From Xylanibacter ruminicola 23 (GTDB taxonomy: Bacteria; Bacteroidota; Bacteroidia; Bacteroidales; Bacteroidaceae): 32,000 bases of DNA. Below are positions 1 to 8,275 of the stretch, one piece after another. The notes under the pieces were generated by a model. It made no database searches. It saw nothing but the letters and a program-made list of their open reading frames with translations, and had not been told where the DNA came from. The stretch's first letter is position 1, and each line of letters begins with the position of its first letter. The DNA is taken from assembly GCF_000025925.1 (NCBI RefSeq), contig NC_014033.1, forward strand, positions 1,050,001 through 1,082,000. The letters run 5' to 3'. The translations under genes and the position numbers were made by a program.

Positions 1-1344
1 AATCTGTAGTGTTACGATGTCCAGGTCGTTCGTAGGCTCGTCGAGCACCAGGAAGTTGGGGTTCTTCATCAGCACTGTACATAGGTACAACTTACGGCGC
101 TCGCCACCGCTCAGCTTGTACACATAGTTGTGCTGCTGTTCGGGTGTGAACATGAAATGCTGCAGAAACTGCGAGGCAGTTAAGTGCTTGCCGCCACCCA
201 TGTCGATATACTCAGCTATATCCTTTACTACATCGATAACCTTCTGTGTATCATCAAAATGCAGACCTTCTTGCGAGAAATAGCCGAAGCGTACGGTGTC
301 GCCGATATCAAACTTTCCGCTATCGGGTGCCACCTGGCCTAACAGCATTTTTATGAAGGTAGATTTGCCTGTACCGTTATTGCCCACGATACCCATCTTC
401 TCAAAGCGTGAGAAGTTATAATAAAAGTCCTTGAGTATTGTCAACGGTTCGGCTTCTGGGCGCTCAAAGGCCTTCGATACATATTGGCACTCAAAGATTT
501 TTGAGCCAATATATACGTTGCGGGATTTCAATCGTACTTGGCGTTCCTCTATGCGCTGCTTGGCTATCTTCTCTAGTTCGTAGAAAGCTTCTTCGCGGTA
601 ACGGGCTTTGTGACCACGGGCCTGAGGCATGCGACGCATCCACTCCAACTCGGTGCGATATAGGTTGTTGGCGCGTGCTATTTCGGCACGGCGGTTGTCG
701 ATACGTTCCTGGCGTTTCTCTAAGTAGTAGCTGTAGTTGCCACGATAGGTATAAACAGTCTGATCGTCCAGCTCCAGGATTACCGAGCACACACGGTCCA
801 GGAAAAATCGGTCGTGTGTTACCATCAGCAGCGTTTTGTTGCCACGGTTCAGGTAGCCCTCCAGCCATTCAATCATCTCCAAGTCCAGATGGTTGGTTGG
901 CTCGTCGAGTATCAGAAGATCGGGATCGGTAATCAGCACGTTGGCCAGTGCCACGCGCTTCTGCTGTCCTCCGCTCAGCTGGCGCATAGGCTGTTCCAGG
1001 TCGCGTATCTTCAGCTGTGTCAGCACCTGCTTGGCTTTCAGTACTTTCTCAGGGTCGCCCTGATGATTAAAGCATGCATCCAGCACACTCTCGTTAGGGT
1101 CGAATGCGGGACTCTGCTCCAGCATGCCCACGCGCAGGTCGCGACGGAAGATAATCTCGCCCTCGTCGTAACCTTCCTTACCGCTCAGGATAGATAACAG
1201 CGTACTTTTACCGGTACCGTTCTTGGCTATCAGTCCTACCTTTTGTCCTTCGGCTATCGAAAAGCTTAAATCGCGAAACAGCACCAACGATCCAAACGAC
1301 TTCGTTAAGTGCTGCACGTCTAAGTATGGATTTTCTTTAGCCAT
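1..1344 (-). CDS. ABC-F family ATPase (two ABC cassettes, no TM domain); 3' end runs off the window
   Basis: The minus-strand frame appears open from ATG 1344-1342 to position 1; motifs spot-checked in frame, stops not scanned codon by codon. It is absent from the ORF track, presumably because it is open-ended. It reads [13 protein letters not shown]...IAKNGTGKSTLL (Walker A, ~1205-1240), LSGGQQKRVALANVLITDPDLLILDEP (~897-978) and a second Walker A IVGNNGTGKST (~361-390), all in the same frame. The start overlaps the engB stop (TAATG). Confidence 0.85.
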   Translation of the reverse strand, partial: MAKENPYLDVQHLTKSFGSLVLFRDLSFSIAEGQKVGLIAKNGTGKSTLLSILSGKEGYDEGEIIFRRDLRVGMLEQSPAFDPNESVLDACFNHQGDPEKVLKAKQVLTQLKIRDLEQPMRQLSGGQQKRVALANVLITDPDLLILDEPTNHLDLEMIEWLEGYLNRGNKTLLMVTHDRFFLDRVCSVILELDDQTVYTYRGNYSYYLEKRQERIDNRRAEIARANNLYRTELEWMRRMPQARGHKARYREEAFYELEKIAKQRIEERQVRLKSRNVYIGSKIFECQYVSKAFERPEAEPLTILKDFYYNFSRFEKMGIVGNNGTGKSTFIKMLLGQVAPDSGKFDIGDTVRFGYFSQEGLHFDDTQKVIDVVKDIAEYIDMGGGKHLTASQFLQHFMFTPEQQHNYVYKLSGGERRKLYLCTVLMKNPNFLVLDEPTNDLDIVTLQI

Positions 1345-1946
1345 TATTCCTTCAATCCTTTATTAATTTGTTCAATGTAATCCAGTACCTCGTCGCGGCC
1401 CTGTTTCTTTTCCGATGAGGTAACAAAAATCGGGGGCAGCTCCTCCCATGTTTCGCTCAGCACCTTCTTGTAAGCATTCAGGTTCTGAAGCACCTTGCTG
1501 GCGCTCAACTTATCGGCCTTGGTAAATATAATGGCAAATGGCACGCTACTGGTTCCCATCCACTCCATAAACTCCAGATCTATCTTCTGGGCCTCCAAGC
1601 GTATGTCAATCAGCAGAAACACGTTTACCAGCTGCTCGCGCTGCAGTATATAGCCGTTAATCATCTGCTCCAGCTTCTGCACCTCTTTCTTCGAGCGCTT
1701 GGCAAAACCATAGCCGGGCAAATCTACCAGGTACCACTCATTATTAATAATAAAGTGGTTAATGAGCAGTGTTTTACCGGGTGTGGCACTGGTCTTAGCC
1801 AGATTTTTCTTGCCGGTAAGCATGTTTATCAGGCTCGACTTACCCACGTTCGAACGACCAATAAAGGCGTATTCGGGTTTGGTATCCTTCGGACACATCG
1901 ACTCCATCGGAGCGCTTAATGTAAATTCGGCTTTCTTAATTTCCAT
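1344..1946 (-). CDS. engB: Ribosome-biogenesis GTPase EngB/YihA (YsxC)
   Basis: 200-aa ORF with G1 motif [14 protein letters not shown] (G2), DLPGYG (G3) and TKADK (G4). Size and motif order are typical of EngB. Confidence 0.9.
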   Translation of the reverse strand: MEIKKAEFTLSAPMESMCPKDTKPEYAFIGRSNVGKSSLINMLTGKKNLAKTSATPGKTLLINHFIINNEWYLVDLPGYGFAKRSKKEVQKLEQMINGYILQREQLVNVFLLIDIRLEAQKIDLEFMEWMGTSSVPFAIIFTKADKLSASKVLQNLNAYKKVLSETWEELPPIFVTSSEKKQGRDEVLDYIEQINKGLKE

Positions 1947-1967
1947 AAGTTATATCAATTTTGGGTG

Positions 1968-1975
1968 CAAAGATA
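1968..1975 (-). promoter_or_regulatory. Bacteroidetes -7 box (TATCTTTG on minus strand) for the engB operon
   Basis: CAAAGATA on the + strand lies 22 nt upstream of the engB ATG. A second identical CAAAGATACGAAA copy lies at 2050-2062. Confidence 0.5.
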
Positions 1976-2076
1976 CGAAAAGTCGAGAGCAAAACAAAAG
2001 AATTCATTCTTTTTTTTGCCGAGACGGAGTATCTTCGCGGTTTTTAGCGCAAAGATACGAAATTTTTCCGAAAAAG

Positions 2077-2108
2077 TTTGGTGGTTCGCAAAAATATGCG
2101 TACCTTTG
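2077..2108 (+). promoter_or_regulatory. rho promoter: -33 TTTG (2077-2080) and -7 TACCTTTG (2101-2108)
   Basis: Matches the Bacteroides primary-sigma consensus with 20-nt spacing. Leaves a ~85-nt leader containing a TGCTTC/GAAGCA hairpin before ATG 2198. Confidence 0.6.
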
Positions 2109-2197
2109 CAACGATTTTTCTAATCAGTGCTTCCGTTCGCGAAGCATTTCCACAAAATCTTTTCAGAATCATAAATGTAATTTAAGTACATAATTGT

Positions 2198-4171
2198 ATG
2201 TATACAAAAGAAGAATTAGAATCTATGGACATACCCCAGCTTGTGGGTATTGCCGACGAGCTTGGTATTAAGGTTTCGCCCGACGACCAGCTTACTGACG
2301 TGGTGTATGCCATACTCGACAAGGCTGCTGAACAGAGCGCCACAGCCGAGGATTCACCTAAACGCAAGCGTACACGTATTGCAAAGAAAGATACCAGCAA
2401 GGTTTATACAGTAAATGGCGAGGACGGTGAGAATCTCGACTCGAAGAGCAACCGTACCCGCAAAAAGGCCGAGCAGCCACAGCTGTTTGCCGATATGCCT
2501 GCTGCCCCCGCTGCCCCTGCCGAGGCTGAACCCGAAGAAGCACCTAAACCTAAGAAGCGCGGACGTAAGAGCAAGGCCGAGAAAGAGGCCGAAGAGGCTG
2601 CTGCACGTGCTGCCATCGAGGCCGCTGCTGCCAAAGCCGCTGCCGAGGCTGAGGAGTTTGTTGTGCCCGAGGCTGCCCAGTTTGCTGTTGGTGCCGATGA
2701 TGCCGACGATGAGGTAGCACCTAATGCTATCGAGCAGCTACGTGAGAAAATGGCAGCTACAAAGGTTGCTGCCCCCGAGTCAGAGTATGAGCCCGAGGAA
2801 GAGCCTGAGCAGGCACCTGAAGCCCAGGAGGTTGCACCCGACCCAATGACCGACGAGGTTGATGAGAATGGTGTATGGATGGGCGACCCAGGCGATGGTA
2901 CCGATTTTATTACCATTCTGGATATCCCCATCGAGGACCAGAGCGCTATACCTACACTCGATATGTTCGACCGTCCGGTAGCACCTGTTGCCACCGAGCA
3001 GCCCGTTCTCAATCGTAATGTCGTTCCCAGTTCGCAGCCACGCTACGACTTTGCCGACCTGATTGATGCTAACGGCGTATTGGAGATACTTACCGACGGT
3101 TACGGTTTCCTGCGTTCGAGTGATTACAACTACCTGTCGTCACCCGACGATGTATATGTAGCTCCCCAGCAGATTAAGCGTTACGGTTTGAAGACTGGTG
3201 ACGTGGTAGAGTGCACCGTTCGTCCACCACACGAGGGCGAGAAGTTCTTTGCCATGACCGATGTTCGTAGCATCAACGGTCGTCACCCAGATGAGGTTCG
3301 CAACCGTGTAGCCTTCGAGCACCTTACACCACTGTTCCCCGAGGAGAAGTTCACCCTCTGCGGCGATCGCGCCACTACCAACCCATCGGTTCGTATTGTC
3401 GATCTCTTCTCGCCAATCGGTAAAGGTCAGCGTGCCCTGATTGTGGCCCAGCCTAAGACCGGTAAAACCGTGCTCATGAAGGATATCGCCAACGCTATTG
3501 CCGCCAATCATCCTGAGGCTTATATCATGATGCTGCTGATCGATGAGCGTCCTGAGGAGGTTACCGATATGGCCCGCACCGTAAATGCCGAGGTTATTGC
3601 ATCAACCTTCGACGAGCCTGCCGAGCGCCACGTAAAGATTGCCGGTATCGTGCTCGAAAAGGCTAAGCGTATGGTAGAGTGTGGTCACGATGTAGTTATC
3701 TTCCTCGATTCAATCACCCGTCTGGCTCGTGCTTATAACACCGTAGCACCTACCTCTGGTAAGATTCTTACCGGTGGTGTGGATAGCAACGCCCTGCAGA
3801 AGCCAAAGCGTTTCTTCGGAGCTGCTCGTAACATCGAGGGTGGTGGTTCGCTCACCATCATTGCAACAGCTCTGGTTGATACTGGTTCTAAGATGGACGA
3901 GGTTATCTTCGAGGAGTTCAAGGGTACAGGTAACTCTGAAATCCAGCTTAACCGCTCGCTGGCCAACAAGCGCATCTTCCCAGCTATCGATATCGTGCTG
4001 TCTTCAACACGCCGCGACGATCTGCTGCTTGATGATACTACACTTAACCGCATGTGGATTATGCGTAAGTTCATTGCCGATATGAATCCTATCGAGGCCA
4101 TGAGCACCGTTCGCGATCGTCTGGTAACCACCCGCACAAACGAGGAGTTCCTCCTGTCGATGAACGGATAA
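2198..4171 (+). CDS. rho: Transcription termination factor Rho with a ~230-aa disordered acidic/Ala/Pro-rich insertion
   Basis: 657 aa. It has an N-terminal Rho_N-like helix pair ([19 protein letters not shown]), a low-complexity block from about aa 45-275, a CSD-like RNA-binding domain ([15 protein letters not shown]...GDVVEC), Walker A AQPKTGKT, Walker [11 protein letters not shown], and a C-terminal RecA-type ATPase core. Confidence 0.95.
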   Translation: MYTKEELESMDIPQLVGIADELGIKVSPDDQLTDVVYAILDKAAEQSATAEDSPKRKRTRIAKKDTSKVYTVNGEDGENLDSKSNRTRKKAEQPQLFADMPAAPAAPAEAEPEEAPKPKKRGRKSKAEKEAEEAAARAAIEAAAAKAAAEAEEFVVPEAAQFAVGADDADDEVAPNAIEQLREKMAATKVAAPESEYEPEEEPEQAPEAQEVAPDPMTDEVDENGVWMGDPGDGTDFITILDIPIEDQSAIPTLDMFDRPVAPVATEQPVLNRNVVPSSQPRYDFADLIDANGVLEILTDGYGFLRSSDYNYLSSPDDVYVAPQQIKRYGLKTGDVVECTVRPPHEGEKFFAMTDVRSINGRHPDEVRNRVAFEHLTPLFPEEKFTLCGDRATTNPSVRIVDLFSPIGKGQRALIVAQPKTGKTVLMKDIANAIAANHPEAYIMMLLIDERPEEVTDMARTVNAEVIASTFDEPAERHVKIAGIVLEKAKRMVECGHDVVIFLDSITRLARAYNTVAPTSGKILTGGVDSNALQKPKRFFGAARNIEGGGSLTIIATALVDTGSKMDEVIFEEFKGTGNSEIQLNRSLANKRIFPAIDIVLSSTRRDDLLLDDTTLNRMWIMRKFIADMNPIEAMSTVRDRLVTTRTNEEFLLSMNG

Positions 4172-4621
4172 ATGATGAAGAAGATTCTTTTCGTTTGTCA
4201 CGGTAACATCTGCCGCAGTCCGATGGCAGAGTACGTGATGAAATACTTAGTAGAACAGGCGCAGCTGACCGATCAATTCCTGATCGAGTCAGCTGCAACT
4301 TCTACCGAGGAGATTGGTAACCCCGTTTATCCCTCAGCCCGTCGCAAACTGGCCGAACACGGCATCAGTTGCAACGGCCACGCCGCCCGCCAAATGACAC
4401 GTGCCGATTATCTGCGTTACGACCTGTTGGTAGGTATGGATTCTGCCAATCTTCGTAATATGACCCGTATAGCCGGTGGCGACCCCGAGGAAAAAATCCG
4501 CCCCCTACTTTACGATAAAGATGTTGCCGACCCATGGTACACCGGCAACTTCGAAGTCACATGGCAAGATGTTCTTCGTGGCTGTCAAGCTTTACTCGAA
4601 GAACAAATTCAGTGTATTTGA
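4172..4621 (+). CDS. Low-molecular-weight protein-tyrosine phosphatase
   Basis: 149 aa. P-loop VCHGNICRSP (CX5R-S) at the N-terminus and DPWY Asp loop near the C-terminus. The ATG directly abuts the rho TAA (TAAATG), suggesting co-transcription and possible translational coupling. Confidence 0.85.
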   Translation: MMKKILFVCHGNICRSPMAEYVMKYLVEQAQLTDQFLIESAATSTEEIGNPVYPSARRKLAEHGISCNGHAARQMTRADYLRYDLLVGMDSANLRNMTRIAGGDPEEKIRPLLYDKDVADPWYTGNFEVTWQDVLRGCQALLEEQIQCI

Positions 4622-4670
4622 TGATCAAATTCAGTGAATTTGTTGACCAAATACACTGAATTTGTTTTTA
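4604..4670. terminator. Long-stem intrinsic terminator between convergent genes
   Basis: CAAATTCAGTGTATTTG (4604-4620) is the perfect reverse complement of CAAATACACTGAATTTG (4648-4664), followed by TTTTTA. A third near-copy of the 17-mer lies in the loop (4626-4642). Confidence 0.6.
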
Positions 4671-4685
4671 AAGATATTAATTCTT

Positions 4686-5081
4686 TTAGTCTTTCTTCAG
4701 AAAGTCTAAAGGATTTATTTCCTCAAGTTTCTTTTTGATGAGTTGGCGGGCTTGATCCTCGTCGAGGGTGTACACGTGGTTAAACACACCTACGGATACC
4801 ATGATAAACTCGCCATCGTAATCTACAAAGCCGAGACTATAGAAGCGGTGGTCGCGAACCAGGAAGTTGGTGTTCAGGAACTGATCAACGGCTGTGGTGG
4901 CGGCTACCGAGGCAATAGAACCAATCGGACCATCGATGTTGTTTTCGCGCAATTCGGCACTTACAGCGCCTTTCATGACCGATTTAATGGTATCAACATG
5001 CTGCTGACGATCGGGCGTGGTGACCATCAAACCTAATGCAATGGCGCCTATAATCACCAAAAAGATAACTAACTTTTTCAT
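4686..5081 (-). CDS. Small N-terminally anchored membrane protein, function unknown
   Basis: 131-aa ORF with one N-terminal hydrophobic helix (KKLVIFLVIIGAIALGLMV). It is the last gene of the minus-strand exonuclease-rlmI-tilS operon. No motif recognised. Confidence 0.6.
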   Translation of the reverse strand: MKKLVIFLVIIGAIALGLMVTTPDRQQHVDTIKSVMKGAVSAELRENNIDGPIGSIASVAATTAVDQFLNTNFLVRDHRFYSLGFVDYDGEFIMVSVGVFNHVYTLDEDQARQLIKKKLEEINPLDFLKKD

Positions 5082-5088
5082 AACCTAT

Positions 5089-6390
5089 CTAAAAAGTAAC
5101 TGTTATTCGCAATACGTTTGTGGTTTCTTTGCTTACACAGAAACGGTTGTCGGTGCGGCGACCGATTAGCCACACAATGGCGCCTGTGGCATCGGTTACT
5201 ACCTCCTGGTGGCGCTTATCCAAGATACTGACCTTCTGGTCGGTAAGATAGTCGCTCACCAGTTTGCTGCCTTTCATACCAAAAGGTACGAATCTGTCGC
5301 CCTGCTCTACAAGGCGCACCGTGAGCGGGAACTGCACCTTGTCGGCATCGAGCGTAGCCACATAGGGCTCACGCGATACGGTGGTGTCGGTGGTTATCTC
5401 GAACTTAAAGGCCGTTTGGTCTTCGTCACGATAGGTACCTGTCTCGGGTATTTTAAGCGGTTTAATCGGATCTGTAATAGGCTCAACCTCAAAGAATTCG
5501 CGATCAACCACTAACCTATGTGTTGCCGAAAGAAATTCACGCCCAGTTTCGTTCATGCAATCGAGTATCTGTTCGGTTTGCGTAGAGTTAAAACCAAAAG
5601 GCGACAGCCACTCGTGAAGTATCGACGGCATCGACGGTGTTATGTCTGAATCTTTGTAGAATTTATTATCAGATATAAAGTTATCTTTATAATCTTCGAT
5701 TTTCTTATTATATACCTCCTCGGCCTCGCGCAGGTAATTGGCGGTTTTATAGATGTTGGCCATAGCGCCAGGGGCGATTTCTTCGAGAAGGGGCAACACC
5801 ATAAGACGCAGTTTGTTACGCAGCACGTCGGCCTCGAGATTGCTTGAATCGGTAACATAAGGCTGACCGATGGAATCGAGATATTCTAGGATCTCCTGTC
5901 GATTAATACACAATAATGGGCGGCGCACGATATCGTTCTTAGGGCGGATGCCTGTAAGGCCGTGTATGCCAGCACCACGTGACAGGTTCATCATCAGCGT
6001 CTCAACAGCATCGTCGCGATGATGGGCGATGCACACATCTGTGGCTCCGATATCCTGACAAAGCTGACGGAAATAGCCGTAGCGCAAATCGCGTGCAGCC
6101 ATCTCAATACTTACTTTATGTAGTGCGGCATATTCTTTTGTGTCGAAATGAATTACGTGAAGCGGAATATCGTGCTGCTTGCAGAGGTTACGTACAAACT
6201 GCTCGTCGCGATCGCTCTCTTCGCCACGTAAACGAAAATTACAATGCGCAGCCTCGATTCTATAACCCAAATCCTTTAAAATCAAGAGCAAGGCTACCGA
6301 GTCGGCTCCACCGCTCAGGCCCACCAAGTGCAGATCGTAGCGATAAAGAAGCTTCTCGCGCTCAATAAACTTTCTAACCTTATTCAACAT
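5089..6390 (-). CDS. tilS: tRNA(Ile)-lysidine synthetase
   Basis: 433 aa with N-terminal PP-loop LVGLSGGADSVAL, followed by conserved AHCNFRLRG and HHRDD motifs typical of TilS. Confidence 0.9.
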   Translation of the reverse strand: MLNKVRKFIEREKLLYRYDLHLVGLSGGADSVALLLILKDLGYRIEAAHCNFRLRGEESDRDEQFVRNLCKQHDIPLHVIHFDTKEYAALHKVSIEMAARDLRYGYFRQLCQDIGATDVCIAHHRDDAVETLMMNLSRGAGIHGLTGIRPKNDIVRRPLLCINRQEILEYLDSIGQPYVTDSSNLEADVLRNKLRLMVLPLLEEIAPGAMANIYKTANYLREAEEVYNKKIEDYKDNFISDNKFYKDSDITPSMPSILHEWLSPFGFNSTQTEQILDCMNETGREFLSATHRLVVDREFFEVEPITDPIKPLKIPETGTYRDEDQTAFKFEITTDTTVSREPYVATLDADKVQFPLTVRLVEQGDRFVPFGMKGSKLVSDYLTDQKVSILDKRHQEVVTDATGAIVWLIGRRTDNRFCVSKETTNVLRITVTF

Positions 6391-7552
6391 ACAGCACCAG
6401 TCCTTTCAGATACTCGCCCTCGGGGTGATAGATGTTAATAGGATGGTCGGCTGGCTGGTGCAGCTGGTGCAGAATACGAACCTTGCGACCTGCCTGGGCT
6501 GCAGCTGTGAATACGGCGTTGCGGAAGTGGTCTTTAGTAACCACCTGCGAGCAGCTGAACGTAAAGAGTATGCCGCCTGGCTGAATCTTCTGGAAAGCCT
6601 TGTTGTTCAGGCGGGTGTAACCCTTCAATGCATTGTGCAGGGCACCACGGTGCTTGGCAAATGCAGGAGGGTCGAGAATAATCAGATCGTAATTGTTGCC
6701 TGCCTGCTCAAGATACTTGAAGGCATCTTCGCAGAAGGCCTCGTGGCGGTTGTCGCCCTCAAAGTTAAGGGCTATATTGCGGTTGGTAAGCTCGATGGCC
6801 TTAGCGCTGCTATCTACCGAGTGTACCAGTTTGGCGCCGCCGCGCATGGCGTAAACCGAGAATCCACCGGTGTAACAGAACATGTTGAGCACGCTCTTGC
6901 CGGCCGAATAACGCTCGAGCAGCGAACGGTTGTCGCGCTGATCCACAAAGAATCCGGTTTTCTGTCCGCGCAGCCAGTCTACATAGAACTTCAAGCCGTT
7001 CTCGAGTGCCACGTTGTCCTCGCTGCCGCCATATACAAAGCCGTTCTCCATATCGTCCATAAACGGCAGTGTGGTTTCGCTCTTGTAATATACATTATCA
7101 ATACGGCTGCCCATTACCTTTACCAGCTGCTCGGCTATCTGCTTGCGCTGCAGGTGCATGCCAATACTATGAGCCTGCATAACGGCGGTACGGTCGTAAA
7201 CGTCGATAATCAGTCCGGGCAGGTTGTCGCCCTCGCCGTGTACCAGACGGTAGGTGTTGTTCTTGGGATTGTCGGCAATGCCGATGGATTGGCGCACTTT
7301 AAGTGCCGAGGCCAGTCGTGATGCCCAGAAATCGGCATCGATATCAACATCGCGGAACGAGAGAACACGTACGGCGATAGAGCCCATCTGGAAGTGGCCT
7401 ACAGCGATGAAATCGCCATGATTTGTTAATACGCGTACCAGGTCGCCATCCTTCAAATCGTCGTCGGCCTGCGCAATGGCACCCGAGAATACCCATGGAT
7501 GGAAACGCAATAAACTCTCTTCCTTACCTCGCTTAAGATATAGTTTCTTCAT
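6380..7552 (-). CDS. rlmI: 23S rRNA m5C1962 methyltransferase RlmI-like (PUA + class I SAM MTase)
   Basis: 390 aa. The N-terminus LKRGKEESLLRFHPWVFSGAI matches the RlmI signature start. SAM motif I VLNMFCYTGGFSV and motif IV IILDPPAF are present. Overlaps tilS by 11 nt. Confidence 0.8.
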   Translation of the reverse strand: MKKLYLKRGKEESLLRFHPWVFSGAIAQADDDLKDGDLVRVLTNHGDFIAVGHFQMGSIAVRVLSFRDVDIDADFWASRLASALKVRQSIGIADNPKNNTYRLVHGEGDNLPGLIIDVYDRTAVMQAHSIGMHLQRKQIAEQLVKVMGSRIDNVYYKSETTLPFMDDMENGFVYGGSEDNVALENGLKFYVDWLRGQKTGFFVDQRDNRSLLERYSAGKSVLNMFCYTGGFSVYAMRGGAKLVHSVDSSAKAIELTNRNIALNFEGDNRHEAFCEDAFKYLEQAGNNYDLIILDPPAFAKHRGALHNALKGYTRLNNKAFQKIQPGGILFTFSCSQVVTKDHFRNAVFTAAAQAGRKVRILHQLHQPADHPINIYHPEGEYLKGLVLYVE

Positions 7553-8186
7553 TATTCTTAGTTGTTATTTCTGGCACGATAACCAGTTGATAATCATTAT
7601 TTTCAATCATTCTTTTAAACTCATTATAAAGCTGTACGCAGGCCCACGCATCGGTGGCTGCATAGCGCTTCTGATGGTCGTCGAGTACGTCGCGCTCCCA
7701 GTTGGTTAGCTGCTCGCGTTTGCTGATGCGTTCGCCAAACACGTTGGCGTAGAGCTTAGCCAGACTCTGATCCTCGATACCTATCTTGCGGGCCATATCC
7801 TGCAAATCTACAAACTCGCCCATCTCAAAATCGCCTAACTGGTGCAAGCCTAATGCGTCGTTTCGCCATGCCAGACCTACCTTGGTTACGGTGTTGTCGG
7901 CCAACAAGCGCTTAACGGCAGGGCAAAGACCAATGTGATTCAAACGGAACAGGAAACAGCAGTTGCTGGTTGAAACCTGCAACAACGAGCACTTGTGGTG
8001 TACGCCTTTTTTAAAGCTGGGGCGCGTTTCGGTATCAAACCCAAGCACGGGTTGAGCCAGCAGGTAATCAACTGCTCGCTCGGCTTCGGCTTGTGACACC
8101 ACTACCACAATCTTTCCGTCGAAAATTGCACGTGGAAATTGCGAAATTGCCTTCTTATCTACCTTGTTTTGTATTAACTTTTTCAT
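7533..8186 (-). CDS. DEDDy-type 3'-5' exonuclease (RNase D / WRN-exo-like domain)
   Basis: ExoI motif LGFDTETRP and ExoIII motif YAATDAWA. The start was moved to ATG 8186 (MKKLIQ...) because the track start at 8198 is a TTG inside the promoter box. Overlaps rlmI by 20 nt. Confidence 0.75.
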   Translation of the reverse strand: MKKLIQNKVDKKAISQFPRAIFDGKIVVVVSQAEAERAVDYLLAQPVLGFDTETRPSFKKGVHHKCSLLQVSTSNCCFLFRLNHIGLCPAVKRLLADNTVTKVGLAWRNDALGLHQLGDFEMGEFVDLQDMARKIGIEDQSLAKLYANVFGERISKREQLTNWERDVLDDHQKRYAATDAWACVQLYNEFKRMIENNDYQLVIVPEITTKNNEETIS

Positions 8187-8195
8187 TTCTGCGTG

Positions 8196-8203
8196 CAAAA
8201 TTA
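8196..8203 (-). promoter_or_regulatory. -7 box (TAATTTTG on minus strand) for the exonuclease-rlmI-tilS operon
   Basis: CAAAATTA on the + strand lies only about 10 nt upstream of ATG 8186. It is divergent from the ftsK promoter. Confidence 0.45.
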
Positions 8204-8246
8204 TAAAAAAAATCCCGATTTATGATGAAATATGAGCGATTTTAGC

Positions 8247-8254
8247 TACTTTTG
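8247..8254 (+). promoter_or_regulatory. -7 box TACTTTTG for ftsK
   Basis: TAnnTTTG match 22 nt upstream of ATG 8276. Confidence 0.5.
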
Positions 8255-8275
8255 CACGAAAATATCATAAACTAT

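Noticed and set aside
2404-3012. 202-aa antisense ORF (plus 100-aa and 61-aa ORFs) inside the rho low-complexity region
   Set aside because: These are a product of the GC-rich, repetitive Ala/Glu/Pro coding sequence of rho. The translations are Ser/Ala/Gly homopolymer-like and lie fully within a confidently called gene.
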